DNA from: Candidatus Bathyarchaeia archaeon
Lineage (GTDB): Archaea; Thermoproteota; Bathyarchaeia; Bathyarchaeales; Bathycorpusculaceae
Length of the DNA: 64,000 nt
NCBI GenBank assembly: GCA_049512075.1
Contig: JBEKXL010000001.1
Location: 64,001 to 128,000 of the forward strand
Direction: 5' to 3'
Below are positions 49,119 through 59,534 of the stretch, one piece after another. The translations under genes and the position numbers were made by a program. The stretch's first letter is position 1. Every line of letters starts with the position of its first letter. The notes beneath the pieces were generated by a model. That model worked only from the letters and a program-made list of their open reading frames with translations. It ran no database searches and was not told the origin of the DNA.

Positions 49119-50090
49119 TTGGCGGGGCTTCTTGATCCTCTGGAAGTGAAGGGGCTGACTCTTAGGAATCGCATAGTTATGCCTCCCATGCAGACAGGTC
49201 GGGCCACGGTTAAAGGCGCGGTCACGGATAGGCTAATTGGCTTTTACGTGAGGCGTTCGGCGGCCTTGGGCTTGTTGATCGTTGAGCACGCATACGTTTC
49301 TCCGGGTGGAAAGTTGAGTCCAAAGCAGCTGGGGATCTATGATGACGAGTTGATCGGCGGGTTGGAGAAGCTTGCGGGCAGCGTTCACGCGCTAGGCACT
49401 CCTGTTGTCGTGCAGATTACGCATGCTGGAGGAGTTGGGAACAGCAAAGTCATAGGCGGGGAGCCTGCCGGTCCTTCTGCAACTGGGAAAGCTCGTGAGT
49501 TGGCCAGAAGCGAGATTGAAGCTCTGGTTAAAGAGTTTGCCGTGGCCGCCGAACGTGCGGTTAAAGCGGGTTTTGACGGGGTTGAGCTTCACGGTGCGCA
49601 TGGTTTCCTGCTTAACCAGTTCTTTTCGCCTTTGCTTAACAAGCGTGAGGACGAGTATGGCGGTTCCTTGGAGAACAGGATGCGTTTCCCCCTCATGGTT
49701 GTCGAGAAGGTCCGTGAAAGTGTCAGGGGGAGGCTTCTGCTTTACCGGTTAGGCTCGGACGATTTGGCCACAAACGGCACGCACGTAGAGGACTCGGCTG
49801 CTTTTGCTGCGAAGCTCGAGCAGTGCGGTGTTGACGTTGTTGACGTGTCGGGCGGCTTGTGCGGAAGCGAGCCTAAACAGCTTCGAGGCGTCAAAGGTTA
49901 CTTTGTTCCTCAAGCTTATGAGATAAAGAAGGCTGTTAAGGTCCCCGTTATCGGTGTTGGGGGAATCACTGAGGCTGAGTACGCTGATAGGCTGATTCGA
50001 GACGGAAAGGTTGACCTGGTGGCCGTGGGCAGAGCGCTCTGGAAGGATCCGAAATGGGCCGAAAAAGCCGTTGAAGCACTGAAAGCCTGA
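49119..50090 (+). CDS. NADH:flavin oxidoreductase (old yellow enzyme family)
   Basis: LRNRIVMPPM, AGFDGVELHGAHGFLLNQF, REDEYGGSLENRMRF, DLVAVGRA. Confidence 0.92.
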   Translation: MAGLLDPLEVKGLTLRNRIVMPPMQTGRATVKGAVTDRLIGFYVRRSAALGLLIVEHAYVSPGGKLSPKQLGIYDDELIGGLEKLAGSVHALGTPVVVQITHAGGVGNSKVIGGEPAGPSATGKARELARSEIEALVKEFAVAAERAVKAGFDGVELHGAHGFLLNQFFSPLLNKREDEYGGSLENRMRFPLMVVEKVRESVRGRLLLYRLGSDDLATNGTHVEDSAAFAAKLEQCGVDVVDVSGGLCGSEPKQLRGVKGYFVPQAYEIKKAVKVPVIGVGGITEAEYADRLIRDGKVDLVAVGRALWKDPKWAEKAVEALKA

Positions 50091-50307
50091 CGACCTTGCA
50101 GAGTATTCATCGAGATTCTAATGATGTTGCCGCGCTATTGCGCCTGCTATCAGCAGTCACTTGTTTACCGAAAGGTCATATTTCACGTTTTTCAGTATCG
50201 GGTCATAGAAGAAAGCTCTACCTCAATTGTTGCAGTTATTGACGCGCGGTAATAAGAGAATAGAAAAAAGGGGTCTGCCAGTGACGTCTCCGCTGTGGTG
50301 GGCGTTG

Positions 50308-51447
50308 CTACTGTCTGTCTTTTGGTTCCTGTCTTTTGATTCTCGCCGCGACCGCTAGGCTCAGAGCCGCCACTGCAAGCGCCGCAAAGGCTACGATGGT
50401 TGGAGGCAACGCGCTTCCAGTGAAGAGGCCCGACTCGGTGGACGATGTTGGTTGAGGGTTCGCTGGTGTTGTTGAGGTTGGATTCGTTGGGGCCTGGTAG
50501 TTCTTTAACAGTGGGTTTCCTTGTTGTTGCTGGTACACTGTGGCTGGGATTGAGCTGGAGCTGGAGGACGCGGTCGCTTCGCCTCCTATTGTTGACGTTG
50601 TTTGGACTCCGTACGGCATCACCCAGTAGTTAGGCTGCTGAACATGCAAAGTTATCAAGGCACTGGTCTGGGGAGGAACTATCAGCGTTGAACCCGCCAG
50701 TCCGACGTACGTTGGCTGCCAGTAGACGGTCACGTTCACCTCTTCACCTGCGACGATGACCTGAACCGTTGTCTGGTCTTTCGGCATGTTCACGGGTATC
50801 CAGCTCCAAGCGTCGACCTGAACAGGTGCCTGAGGCGTCACAAGGGTAGCCATGCCATCAGCTTGTGTGGTATTCCACATTATGGCGTTGCTTTCATAAC
50901 CCCAATAGTACCAAGATCCTACGACTGATGCAGAGACGGAAGCGCCCTCAGCGGCGGTTCCGTTGGCGTAGACAACTTTGATCGTGAGTATGGTTGTGGG
51001 GAAGGATGTAACGTTCTGTGTCGAGATTGTGAAGGTTGCCGAACCAGAGACCTGCTGCACCGAGTAACCGTACTCTGCCACTGGCGCTTCGTAGTAGGGC
51101 ATCGCCAGGTTGCCTTGAGCAACATTGGCACCTACCATTGGCGAAGGTGAATAATAGATCTGATTGCTCGATTGATCGGCTGTGGCTGTGAATATATACT
51201 CTCCGTTTGGAAGCTCGAAGGAGGCCGCTGGATACTGAGTTTGAGAAGAAGCAACCATGTAACCGCTCATGTTAAAGGCGGAGACGGTGAAGTAGTCGGG
51301 AAGGCTGCTGACGGTCTGGACGAAAACCTGCACGTTATTGTACGAAGCTGCGCTGGCGAACGACAGTGAGCTGAAACCCAACGCGACGGTAAAACCTAGT
51401 ATGGCAGTTAGTGCGAAAATCAGAGACTTAGTCTTTGCCTTATTCAT
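50308..51447 (-). CDS. Secreted, C-terminally membrane-anchored hypothetical protein
   Basis: Signal peptide, beta-rich body, Pro/Thr/Ser linker, C-terminal TM helix with basic tail. Confidence 0.7.
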   Translation of the reverse strand: MNKAKTKSLIFALTAILGFTVALGFSSLSFASAASYNNVQVFVQTVSSLPDYFTVSAFNMSGYMVASSQTQYPAASFELPNGEYIFTATADQSSNQIYYSPSPMVGANVAQGNLAMPYYEAPVAEYGYSVQQVSGSATFTISTQNVTSFPTTILTIKVVYANGTAAEGASVSASVVGSWYYWGYESNAIMWNTTQADGMATLVTPQAPVQVDAWSWIPVNMPKDQTTVQVIVAGEEVNVTVYWQPTYVGLAGSTLIVPPQTSALITLHVQQPNYWVMPYGVQTTSTIGGEATASSSSSSIPATVYQQQQGNPLLKNYQAPTNPTSTTPANPQPTSSTESGLFTGSALPPTIVAFAALAVAALSLAVAARIKRQEPKDRQ

Positions 51448-51868
51448 ATAATTCTACTCCACTACTCCTAGCCTGAATCCGCTAGTTAAGCCTAGTTGTT
51501 AGTACAGCACCGTTCCAGATGTTGGTACAACATCATTGAACCTCCTAGAACGTTGGCGAATAGCATGCGTGATATAACTTGATCCCCCATAACAGACAAC
51601 CTGATAAAAAGCTCCTCTTTCCTTTTTTGCGTTCATTTCCAAGAAAGATACACACTTCTTTCTCGCTCGGCTACGCGCTTCGTCAGGAATGACTAGCGCA
51701 TTTTCTCTTACCACCGTAGCACTCCAACCGTTAAAACTTCGGATTTTGATGAAAACACAGAAGAGTTTGTAGAACTCTTGAATTTAGCACAAGAACTCCC
51801 GCGTCTCCATGGCTGTGAGGTTTATAAGAACCGAAATCGAGAGGAACCTATGTCAAGAGAGTGTTGCC

Positions 51869-52471
51869 TTGTCCAAGAAAGAACTGGACGTTGTGGCCTC
51901 AGAGGTCAGAGTTTGCACGAAGTGTCCGCTCTGGAAGTCCCGCAAGAACGCGGTTCCTGGCGTTGGAAACCCTGAAACCCGAACAATGCTCATCGGAGAA
52001 GCCCCAGGCAGGTCAGAAGACGTCAAGGGTGAACCCTTCGTGGGGACGGCGGGCAAACTCCTCGACACACTCCTGTCACAAATCGGCCTTTCAAGAGAAC
52101 AAGTCTTCATAACAAACGTCGTGAAGTGCAGGCCGCCCGGAAACCGTCAGCCCAAGCCCCTGGAAATCGAAACCTGCACGCCATACCTGAACAGACAAAT
52201 ACTAATCATTCAGCCAGAGTTCATCGTCACGCTCGGCAGCCACTCCACAGCCTACGTTTTCTCAAAAACAACGCTGCCCTTCAGTAGCATAACACAAGTC
52301 CGCGGAAAGCCGCATAAAGCAACCATTCTAGGCGTGCCGCGGACAATCTTTCCAACATATCATCCAGCATCAGCCCTCTACAACCAAGAACACAAGAAAA
52401 TACTGGAACAAGATTTTCAACTGTTGAAAACTGAGCTGCGAAAAACTCACTCAAACCTTAGCGATCGTTAA
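51869..52471 (+). CDS. Uracil-DNA glycosylase family 4
   Basis: CTKCPL, IGEAPG..ED..GEPFVG.AG, TNVVKCRPP.NR, TYHPAS. Confidence 0.94.
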   Translation: MSKKELDVVASEVRVCTKCPLWKSRKNAVPGVGNPETRTMLIGEAPGRSEDVKGEPFVGTAGKLLDTLLSQIGLSREQVFITNVVKCRPPGNRQPKPLEIETCTPYLNRQILIIQPEFIVTLGSHSTAYVFSKTTLPFSSITQVRGKPHKATILGVPRTIFPTYHPASALYNQEHKKILEQDFQLLKTELRKTHSNLSDR

Positions 52472-52647
52472 CCTGTCAAAGTTTGACGTACCACCGACCT
52501 CTGTAACGTCTGCGCGGACGCAAATTCTCGACATAGCCGAATCTGATGCATAATACTCAAATGCCCAAGGGCGTTGCCCTCGCTGCAGCTTCCCAGTCTC
52601 ACGCAAAAGCGCGCTAGCAGCGCTGGAAAATTCACCAACGCACGCCG

Positions 52648-53418
52648 TTATGCGCTCACCTGCGGCGGCGGTTGAACAGGTCTGCCCAGTTTCTTGCGAA
52701 GCGCAATACGATACAGTTTTCTCAAGGATTTCACAAGCCGCTCGAGGCTGGGCAAGCCAGAGTATATTATGGGAATGCGATCATACTCCGCCAATCGTAT
52801 CGAGTACTCGTCCGGCTGAGCACCGTGAAAGACGACCACACGCGGTTTCAAGTTGCTTATACGCACGATAAGCATGGGAGGTATGCCGTCTTCTATGTTC
52901 GTGAATATCAACGCACGCTCGGTCGTCGCCCCGAAAACCTGCGAAAACTCCGAGCCCGAAAGTGTTTCCACGGCCCTCTTGCTGTCGACGACGGTGTAAC
53001 CGTTAACCTCCTTAACATAAGCGTCCAGACACGCGACTGTTTTGCCTTCTATGGCTTTGCAGAGATACTCCACCCTGACAGGTATTGGGAACTCGCGGAG
53101 GTCCACGATGGCGTTGCTCGGTGAACTCGTGAGCTTGGCGAACTCATGGATGAAACGGCCGCCCCTCTCCTCGTCGATTTTGAGCAGAGCCCACACGAAC
53201 CTGCGCACGAACTTTGTGCCGGGACTCGGCCGCCTGCCGCTTTCATAATCGCTAATCACCGATGACGAAACCAACATCTTGTCCGAAAGCCTCATCTGCG
53301 AAACAGCGAAAAGCTCACGCCACTTCCTCATAGTCGCCCATGGCTTGCTCGAGAGAATTATCTCCCCCGCAATCCTCCTCGCCAGAACGGAATCACGAAG
53401 ACTCGGAGACGCGGCCAT
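52648..53418 (-). CDS. Archaeal HTH transcriptional regulator (COG1709-like)
   Basis: RIAGEIILS, RKWRELF, SVISDYESGRR.SPG..FV, GYTVVDS, G.TTERALIFT. Confidence 0.85.
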   Translation of the reverse strand: MAASPSLRDSVLARRIAGEIILSSKPWATMRKWRELFAVSQMRLSDKMLVSSSVISDYESGRRPSPGTKFVRRFVWALLKIDEERGGRFIHEFAKLTSSPSNAIVDLREFPIPVRVEYLCKAIEGKTVACLDAYVKEVNGYTVVDSKRAVETLSGSEFSQVFGATTERALIFTNIEDGIPPMLIVRISNLKPRVVVFHGAQPDEYSIRLAEYDRIPIIYSGLPSLERLVKSLRKLYRIALRKKLGRPVQPPPQVSA

Positions 53419-53491
53419 CAGAGCTCGACCCTTCCAACTCAGCACGTTTCCGTAAGAATAACGTGCCCTATAAAAACCTATGCACGCACCG

Positions 53492-53679
53492 TAGCGCGCA
53501 TGCGTGTTCCTAAAATGGTGAAAAATGGTTTTAATTCCGTTTCTGCATGCTTCTGCAGGTTCGAGGGGACGAGACAGTGTGAAGAATTCAAGAGCAGATG
53601 CTAAGCCTAAAACTTCCCAAAATCACAAAGGACGAATAAAAACCATTTAAAACCAATTTAGGAACAAGCATGCGCGCTA
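53492..53679. repeat. 188-bp segment bounded by ~48-bp imperfect inverted repeats (MITE-like element or invertible switch)
   Basis: Left TAGCGCGCATGCGTGTTCCTAAAATGGTGAAAAATGGTTTTAATTCCGT (53492-53540); reverse complement of right arm (53632-53679) TAGCGCGCATGCTTGTTCCTAAATTGGTTTTAAATGGTTTTTATTCGT. Confidence 0.85.
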
Positions 53680-53883
53680 AACCTATGGGATTATCTCGCA
53701 ACCGTTTATAGTGGCGATGTCACCCGCGCATCCTCCTCTTTTTTCTCTTTGTTCAATTTTTCAACGTCGAGTTCTCAATTTTGCCCTGTTTCTGACATTT
53801 GACTTGTCTCAACTTCGCCGATTCTTCTTCTGGTATTACACGAGGCGCTCGCTGTTCTCAGACGCAAAGCAGAAGGCGACCGC

Positions 53884-54621
53884 ATGACGCGGGTCAGGAA
53901 CAGCTCTTTTAGGGAACGCCGCGAAACAGTCATAGGAGATACCGAACTGAGCAAAGCATTGGAACAAGCTAATGCCATAGATAACGAGTATTTCCGGCTG
54001 CGAGCTCTCGCCGTTCTCTCTTTGTTGCGGCTTTCTGGAAAGCGGAGAACTGAAATCTCTTGGGTCCAGCTTGAAAACTTCAAAGCGGAAAACGATTTGT
54101 TGACTGTCACGTTTACGCTGGAAAAGAAGAAGCGGAAACACAAGAAATGCCCAAACTGCAACACCAAAAACTCGAGCACCGCCTCTTTCTGCAAGAACTG
54201 TGGTTCAGATACCTCAAGGATTCCCGTTGCCTTCACATCCAAACAAGCCAAAGCGCTCAAGGCTTTTCCACTCACGGACCCATTAACCCAGAATATCCTG
54301 AAATATCTAAGCTATCTGCACTCCCTAAAACCTTTTCCCAAGTTCTGGTTGCCTTCAGGCAAAAACGTGTTCGGAAACTACATCATCATTCCAAATCAGC
54401 ATTTGAGCGACCGGGAAGTCTTCAACATAGTGAGAGATTCAAGCGAAACTATATGGCCGCACTTGTTCCGTGAGACTGTTGCCAGTGACATAGTCAAACA
54501 AGATAACAGTATAATAGCAGCCTTCAAGGTTCAAAAACGGTTGGATCTCGAAGACATGAGAACCGGCTTCAATTATATGCAGAGGTTCGCGAAGGATATT
54601 ATCAATCGCGAAACAAGATAA
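53884..54621 (+). CDS. Small tyrosine recombinase (catalytic domain only) with inserted zinc ribbon
   Basis: Box I LLRLSGKRRTEI, box II WPHLFRET (HxxR), candidate nucleophile in TGFNY; CPNC...CKNC insert. Confidence 0.75.
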   Translation: MTRVRNSSFRERRETVIGDTELSKALEQANAIDNEYFRLRALAVLSLLRLSGKRRTEISWVQLENFKAENDLLTVTFTLEKKKRKHKKCPNCNTKNSSTASFCKNCGSDTSRIPVAFTSKQAKALKAFPLTDPLTQNILKYLSYLHSLKPFPKFWLPSGKNVFGNYIIIPNQHLSDREVFNIVRDSSETIWPHLFRETVASDIVKQDNSIIAAFKVQKRLDLEDMRTGFNYMQRFAKDIINRETR

Positions 54622-54667
54622 CCCTATAACGACGATATCTCCCGCAACTCCCTTTTTCCAATGAACT

Positions 54668-57600
54668 CTATTTCCCAAGCGGAAGGTCGAGCTTGGTTTC
54701 TTCGATTTTCACGCTAGAGTCCTGCATGGCTACCACCTTTTCAAGATAATGCAGAAGTGGTTGTCTAGTTATCACAGGCATCTTCTGATTCTTCAGTGTT
54801 GAAACTAGGACTCGAATCAACCTATGTGCGGCGACAGCGTCTCCACCAGAGGGTAATGAGTCTATGAGATATTCCCACGCTAGTGCTTCTTCCTGACTTC
54901 CACACTTCTCCATCTCCCGGATAATCCAATCGACGTCTTCTGTGTTGAGCTTTGAAAACCTTAGCATTCTGATTCCAGCGATCCTCATTTTCGGATTTGT
55001 CTCAATCAGTCGCTTCATCGTGACTTGCCCAACAGTCAAATGAACACTAGCGAGCACCGAAAAGATATCTTGTTGGGATTTGGCTAATGCGCTGATGATC
55101 TTGACCGCTCCCAGAATCGTATTTGAATCGCCATACGTGTAATCACAATTAACGATTTCCTCAATAAGTGGGAGATAATCGAGTCCGGCTTGAGGAACTG
55201 GTAACTCGATTTCAGCTCTACCTATTGTTTCCAAGATCAACTGCGTCTTCTCCCGCACTGATCTGTTCTCTCTTTTGAGCATCATGAACAAGAAGATGAG
55301 GATATGGATTTGAGTTTGGACATCTTGAACACGAATCGATGCTATTGACTCTATCATCTTGTTCAGCAATTGAGAGATTTGTCTATCTGTCTCCCATCGT
55401 TCGTACAGGAGGCTCTTGGTGAGTGCGAAGGCTTCTGAACAATTCTTCGCCTCCACAATCTGTTTTTCTATCGTGCGAAGGATTTTTAGAACATTTTTTC
55501 CCTCAAGTACTCCAGCGTGCGTTTTGGACATGATTCGTGCTGCTTCAACTGGCTTTGCTCTCGAGAGCTCAGTAACCCAGCGAATGATATCATTGGTATC
55601 TTGTAACGAGGTGCATCTCTCGAGTCTAGCGAGAAAAGTCAGCAAGAACGGTTTCACGTTAGATATGCGTCTTGTCCAATCCAGTATGAAATCCGCAGCC
55701 CAACTCGCGTCTTTGTTTGATTGCTTGAAGAATTCAGCAAAGCTAGGGAGCAGTTTATACGAGTCAGGAAGCGACGTCAGGGTTAGAACCCACAAACACA
55801 CTCGCAAGTCAAGCAGGACATCTTGTTGATTGATAACAGAAGAGATAGTTGCGATTTTGGTGTTCATTCTGGACAACGTCTTCTCGATCACAGGGTTGTT
55901 CTGATAGCGTTCCTGAAATGGCTCACTTGATTGTCCAGAAGTCATCATTGAGTTGACAGTGTTTAGGATAAGAGCAAAAGATCTCAGCAAAGATAATGCT
56001 GTCCACATCTGCTCCTTCCTGGTGCCCAAGATGATGGAAATGCCTTCAGGGTGGCGGGTGCCATCGCCTAGGGTAACAGACCAGCGGAAGAAACTCGAGA
56101 ACACAATGTGAAGCAGGGCTTCTATCTGCTGATCGCTAATGATGGATTGCAAAAGGCAGGATTTCATGTATTCTGGGTCATCGAAACAGTATCTCGCGAA
56201 GATTTGGGCGAAAGCCATGGGAGTAAGTTTTGGCACTATTTTTGGAAGCCGTTGAGAGAGCCATGGAGGTGGTGCCCTGAATTGCAGGCATTTTTCAACT
56301 GCCCATATTGCCTGCTGCAAATCCTCTGATTGAAGGCTAGAATCTAGTCTGTCAAGTAGTTCATCATTAATATGCGCAGCAAGGAAGTACATGTCCATAA
56401 CTGATTCTAATGAGGCGGGCTGTGCTTTGAGTAGTTTTTCTTTGAGTACTGGTTGAAGATGATCGATTATATCTTCAGCTGGGAGTTTCTGAATGGCGCT
56501 GATCGTGCCATATCTAGCGATGCTGAAGTCATCATCTAGTATTGACATGCAGAATTCGATCATAGTTCTCTGAAGGTTACGGTTAGGGCCAAAGCTGCGA
56601 TCAGCTGCCAGTTCCAGTCCCAAACGTGCACCTCTGCGCAGAAAACAGTCAGGAGGATGTCTATCTATATTCCTACAGACCTCAATGATGTTTGCTGCTT
56701 CGCCACTATATAGACGCCCTACTCGTCCTGCAAAGAACAACGCTACGTTATGCCAGTAGGGCAAAGGGGCTATCGCTTCGAAACGTTCAAATCGTTGCGT
56801 ACTGTCTTCGGCCGTGTCAGTCAAGTGACCGGCCGCGAAAAATTCTTGAAGAGATCTGAGTTCAAAACCAAAAAACCCTGGTTCCATTTCCACAATTAGC
56901 ACAAGCCTCTCCCTAGCCTCGCTTACTATTTGTTCCAGAATAGGATCGAGTTTACTTTGAGCAGAGAATGGGTCCTTGGACTTCAGATAAAGGAGAACTT
57001 GGTTCTTGAATTCTTTTTCGTTCAGAGCTGCCCGGATGTTCTGATTGCCTGTGGCTCTGCTTTGCATGATGTATCCCAAGTACCTGTGCAGGCCAAAAAG
57101 CAGTTGCTTCTCGGTCTGGATAATCCATTTTGCCTTGGCTTTCTCTCTTTTGTATATTACTTCAAGATACTCATCAAAGAGAGCCTCTCGCTGCCTAGGA
57201 GGTGTTCCTCCAGACAGAATAATCAAAATCAGTATCGTTACTTGGAGTGGCGTATTCATTAGAAACTGAATCCGAGGGTCATCTAGGCATTCCTCGATAG
57301 TTTTTTCTAGCATCTTTGCCTTTTCTTCCTCTAGGAGTTTAGCAGTCACCCATCGCTGAGTGTATTCGACGGCTCTTGCCCTGCTTATGTTTGCCAAATG
57401 AACGTGCAGGAATTCGGTCGGATCGAAATAACCAGAGTAGCCTGTCGGCCGTGACGTTCCTAGCACTTGAATATCTGCCTTCAAAGCTTGTTCAGAACGC
57501 GACAGGAACTCCTTGATTCGGTCAAGAATTCTTGTTCGTAATTGGCGATCTGTGACTTCATCAAGTCCATCAAGAATCAGAAGACATGGATTTGTCTTCA

Positions 57601-58849
57601 GGATTGTCTGTACATCCTGTCCGGTAACTTCTCTTCCTGTCCTTTCGGTAATTTTGTGGGCCAGGTAAAACTCAAAGGCATCTTGTTCTTTGTCGACCAA
57701 GTCCATTATCCATTGGGCATATTCTCTCAAGATGACGCGAAATGGTACCCTCACGACGAGTGGTGTTAGTTTCGGGTCTTTTTGAATGCGACCTTGTTCA
57801 CCCAGCAACGTTGCTCGGTGGATTTGTGCGAGATATTGCCCTAAAGTTGACTTGCCTTGTCCAGGGCCACCAAGCAAAACGATCTTCTTCTTTTTTTCTG
57901 AAAGTATTATTTCCATAGCTGAAAGCGCTCTCATGGGCTCAGATACAATTCTGGGTAACTCCCAGATTATTGGGAAATTTCTGGTTTTCTGGACCGTGAT
58001 AATCGACCATAATGGTTCCAGGGTCTTTGCCTTTTCCATGAGTTCTTTCCTCGACCAGAGGATTTCACCCTTGACCAGTTGATCTATGTCTGAAAACAGG
58101 ACGTTTTTGGAGTCGAAGTCGCTTGAAATAACGTCAAGGTCGATGAAGACTTTCTGCAGAAGCAATCTTTCCTCTCCCACTTCTCCAGCTTGATCTAACT
58201 GGGTATACTGTTCCCGATATAGACATGTGCTAATGTATAGTCTGATCACATCAGCAAGTTGGTTTGGCGCGGTGGTGCCTCCCCGCATTAATTGTCCAAT
58301 CAAATCCCCTGGCGTTATGAACTGCAGGTATGAACATCTAATTTCAGGATAAAATTCAAGAAAGCGGTAGATTTCGTCCGCACCCCAAACATGGATGTTT
58401 GAAGGAACATGGTAAACTCCTTGGCGAAGTCCCCGAAATCTGGAAATAACTTGCTCAATTAGATCATGGGTTCCCCGTTCTGATACAGATGATAGAGGAA
58501 CATTCGTGATGAGTATGTAATTGTCGCATTTTCGCTTGTATTTTATGACAATCTTGTTCAACTCATGTGCTAGATCGGCAAGCACTTTGTTCCGCGCTTC
58601 TTTGCCCGTTACTAGTCGTGTGTTGTGAAACTTCACTTGGAATATCCAGTTGCCATCCCATTGTTCATATGCAGATGGATACGGAGCCCTTCCGCGAAAA
58701 GTGGCTTCCCTTCCACCGTCAGGCCCTTCTCCAAACGTGGTCGTCCCATTGCCTATTATTCCCTTCAGCAGACTCTGACACATCCGCTCGAATTCCTTCT
58801 CGCCTAGACCGTCAAGATCGTATGTTGGCATTGATGCCCCCAGTTTCAA
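54668..58849 (-). CDS. NACHT/STAND NTPase with N-terminal Mrr-like PD-(D/E)xK nuclease domain (Avs/NLR-like defence protein)
   Basis: EFERMC...GPDGGRE...FQVKF; Walker A GGPGQGKST; Walker B LILDGLDE; TPLQ; F..RSLQEFFAA; long helical C-terminus. Confidence 0.85.
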   Translation of the reverse strand: MKLGASMPTYDLDGLGEKEFERMCQSLLKGIIGNGTTTFGEGPDGGREATFRGRAPYPSAYEQWDGNWIFQVKFHNTRLVTGKEARNKVLADLAHELNKIVIKYKRKCDNYILITNVPLSSVSERGTHDLIEQVISRFRGLRQGVYHVPSNIHVWGADEIYRFLEFYPEIRCSYLQFITPGDLIGQLMRGGTTAPNQLADVIRLYISTCLYREQYTQLDQAGEVGEERLLLQKVFIDLDVISSDFDSKNVLFSDIDQLVKGEILWSRKELMEKAKTLEPLWSIITVQKTRNFPIIWELPRIVSEPMRALSAMEIILSEKKKKIVLLGGPGQGKSTLGQYLAQIHRATLLGEQGRIQKDPKLTPLVVRVPFRVILREYAQWIMDLVDKEQDAFEFYLAHKITERTGREVTGQDVQTILKTNPCLLILDGLDEVTDRQLRTRILDRIKEFLSRSEQALKADIQVLGTSRPTGYSGYFDPTEFLHVHLANISRARAVEYTQRWVTAKLLEEEKAKMLEKTIEECLDDPRIQFLMNTPLQVTILILIILSGGTPPRQREALFDEYLEVIYKREKAKAKWIIQTEKQLLFGLHRYLGYIMQSRATGNQNIRAALNEKEFKNQVLLYLKSKDPFSAQSKLDPILEQIVSEARERLVLIVEMEPGFFGFELRSLQEFFAAGHLTDTAEDSTQRFERFEAIAPLPYWHNVALFFAGRVGRLYSGEAANIIEVCRNIDRHPPDCFLRRGARLGLELAADRSFGPNRNLQRTMIEFCMSILDDDFSIARYGTISAIQKLPAEDIIDHLQPVLKEKLLKAQPASLESVMDMYFLAAHINDELLDRLDSSLQSEDLQQAIWAVEKCLQFRAPPPWLSQRLPKIVPKLTPMAFAQIFARYCFDDPEYMKSCLLQSIISDQQIEALLHIVFSSFFRWSVTLGDGTRHPEGISIILGTRKEQMWTALSLLRSFALILNTVNSMMTSGQSSEPFQERYQNNPVIEKTLSRMNTKIATISSVINQQDVLLDLRVCLWVLTLTSLPDSYKLLPSFAEFFKQSNKDASWAADFILDWTRRISNVKPFLLTFLARLERCTSLQDTNDIIRWVTELSRAKPVEAARIMSKTHAGVLEGKNVLKILRTIEKQIVEAKNCSEAFALTKSLLYERWETDRQISQLLNKMIESIASIRVQDVQTQIHILIFLFMMLKRENRSVREKTQLILETIGRAEIELPVPQAGLDYLPLIEEIVNCDYTYGDSNTILGAVKIISALAKSQQDIFSVLASVHLTVGQVTMKRLIETNPKMRIAGIRMLRFSKLNTEDVDWIIREMEKCGSQEEALAWEYLIDSLPSGGDAVAAHRLIRVLVSTLKNQKMPVITRQPLLHYLEKVVAMQDSSVKIEETKLDLPLGK

Positions 58850-59534
58850 TACTCCCAGTTTGTTCTTAGATTTTTCTGTGGAATAATTAGCAATGACGGA
58901 GGAGTCCCATCATACACAATGAAAAGGTTCTTGGATTCGAAAGCATAGTGTATTCCCTTCATCCCGTTCTTAGTTTGCTTCTCAGTTTTTCAGACACGAA
59001 AGCTTTGTGGGGCAAGGTCATTCATCGCTGCTTACGTTGTTTTCGCCGTGCCTTCTGGGGGGCTAAGTTACTGAACCGAGAACCTGATGGTTCTCTTGGT
59101 CATCATTGACCTGCGAATGTGTTTGAAAGAACGGCGTGCACTAAGTCCTTCCAAAAGCGTGCGCATGCGCCACGGCAATTCTGGCCCAAACATAGCACAT
59201 TTCCTATTATCCTATTTTAGGAAATCAGAACATCAGTACTAGAAAAGAAGCTCAATTCTTTCCTGTTTTGTTCCTCATTTAATTAAAGTTACAATGAGAG
59301 AATTGTGACTCTTGAGATGAAGTATTATCGAGAGAGACAGCGTTGTAGGCGAAGATATTGCAGGTTGAATTTTAAACGGCGCGGGCGCTGTGGCTGAACC
59401 TTTCCGTGTCGACATTGACAGATTCAACAGAAGCTAAAACGATCCATCCAAGGCTGCAAGCCTGAAAAAGCCGGGGCTATGGGTAGTGTTGTCCGTATTG
59501 ATGGGCCAGTATGACAAGGTCTGAGAGGCGCGTG

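Noticed and set aside
51499-51714. 71-aa ORF upstream of the secreted protein gene
   Set aside because: No motif or RBS support.
59078-59095. Perfect 7-bp hairpin GAGAACC-TGAT-GGTTCTC upstream of the NACHT gene
   Set aside because: A single short stem is expected by chance in 64 kb.
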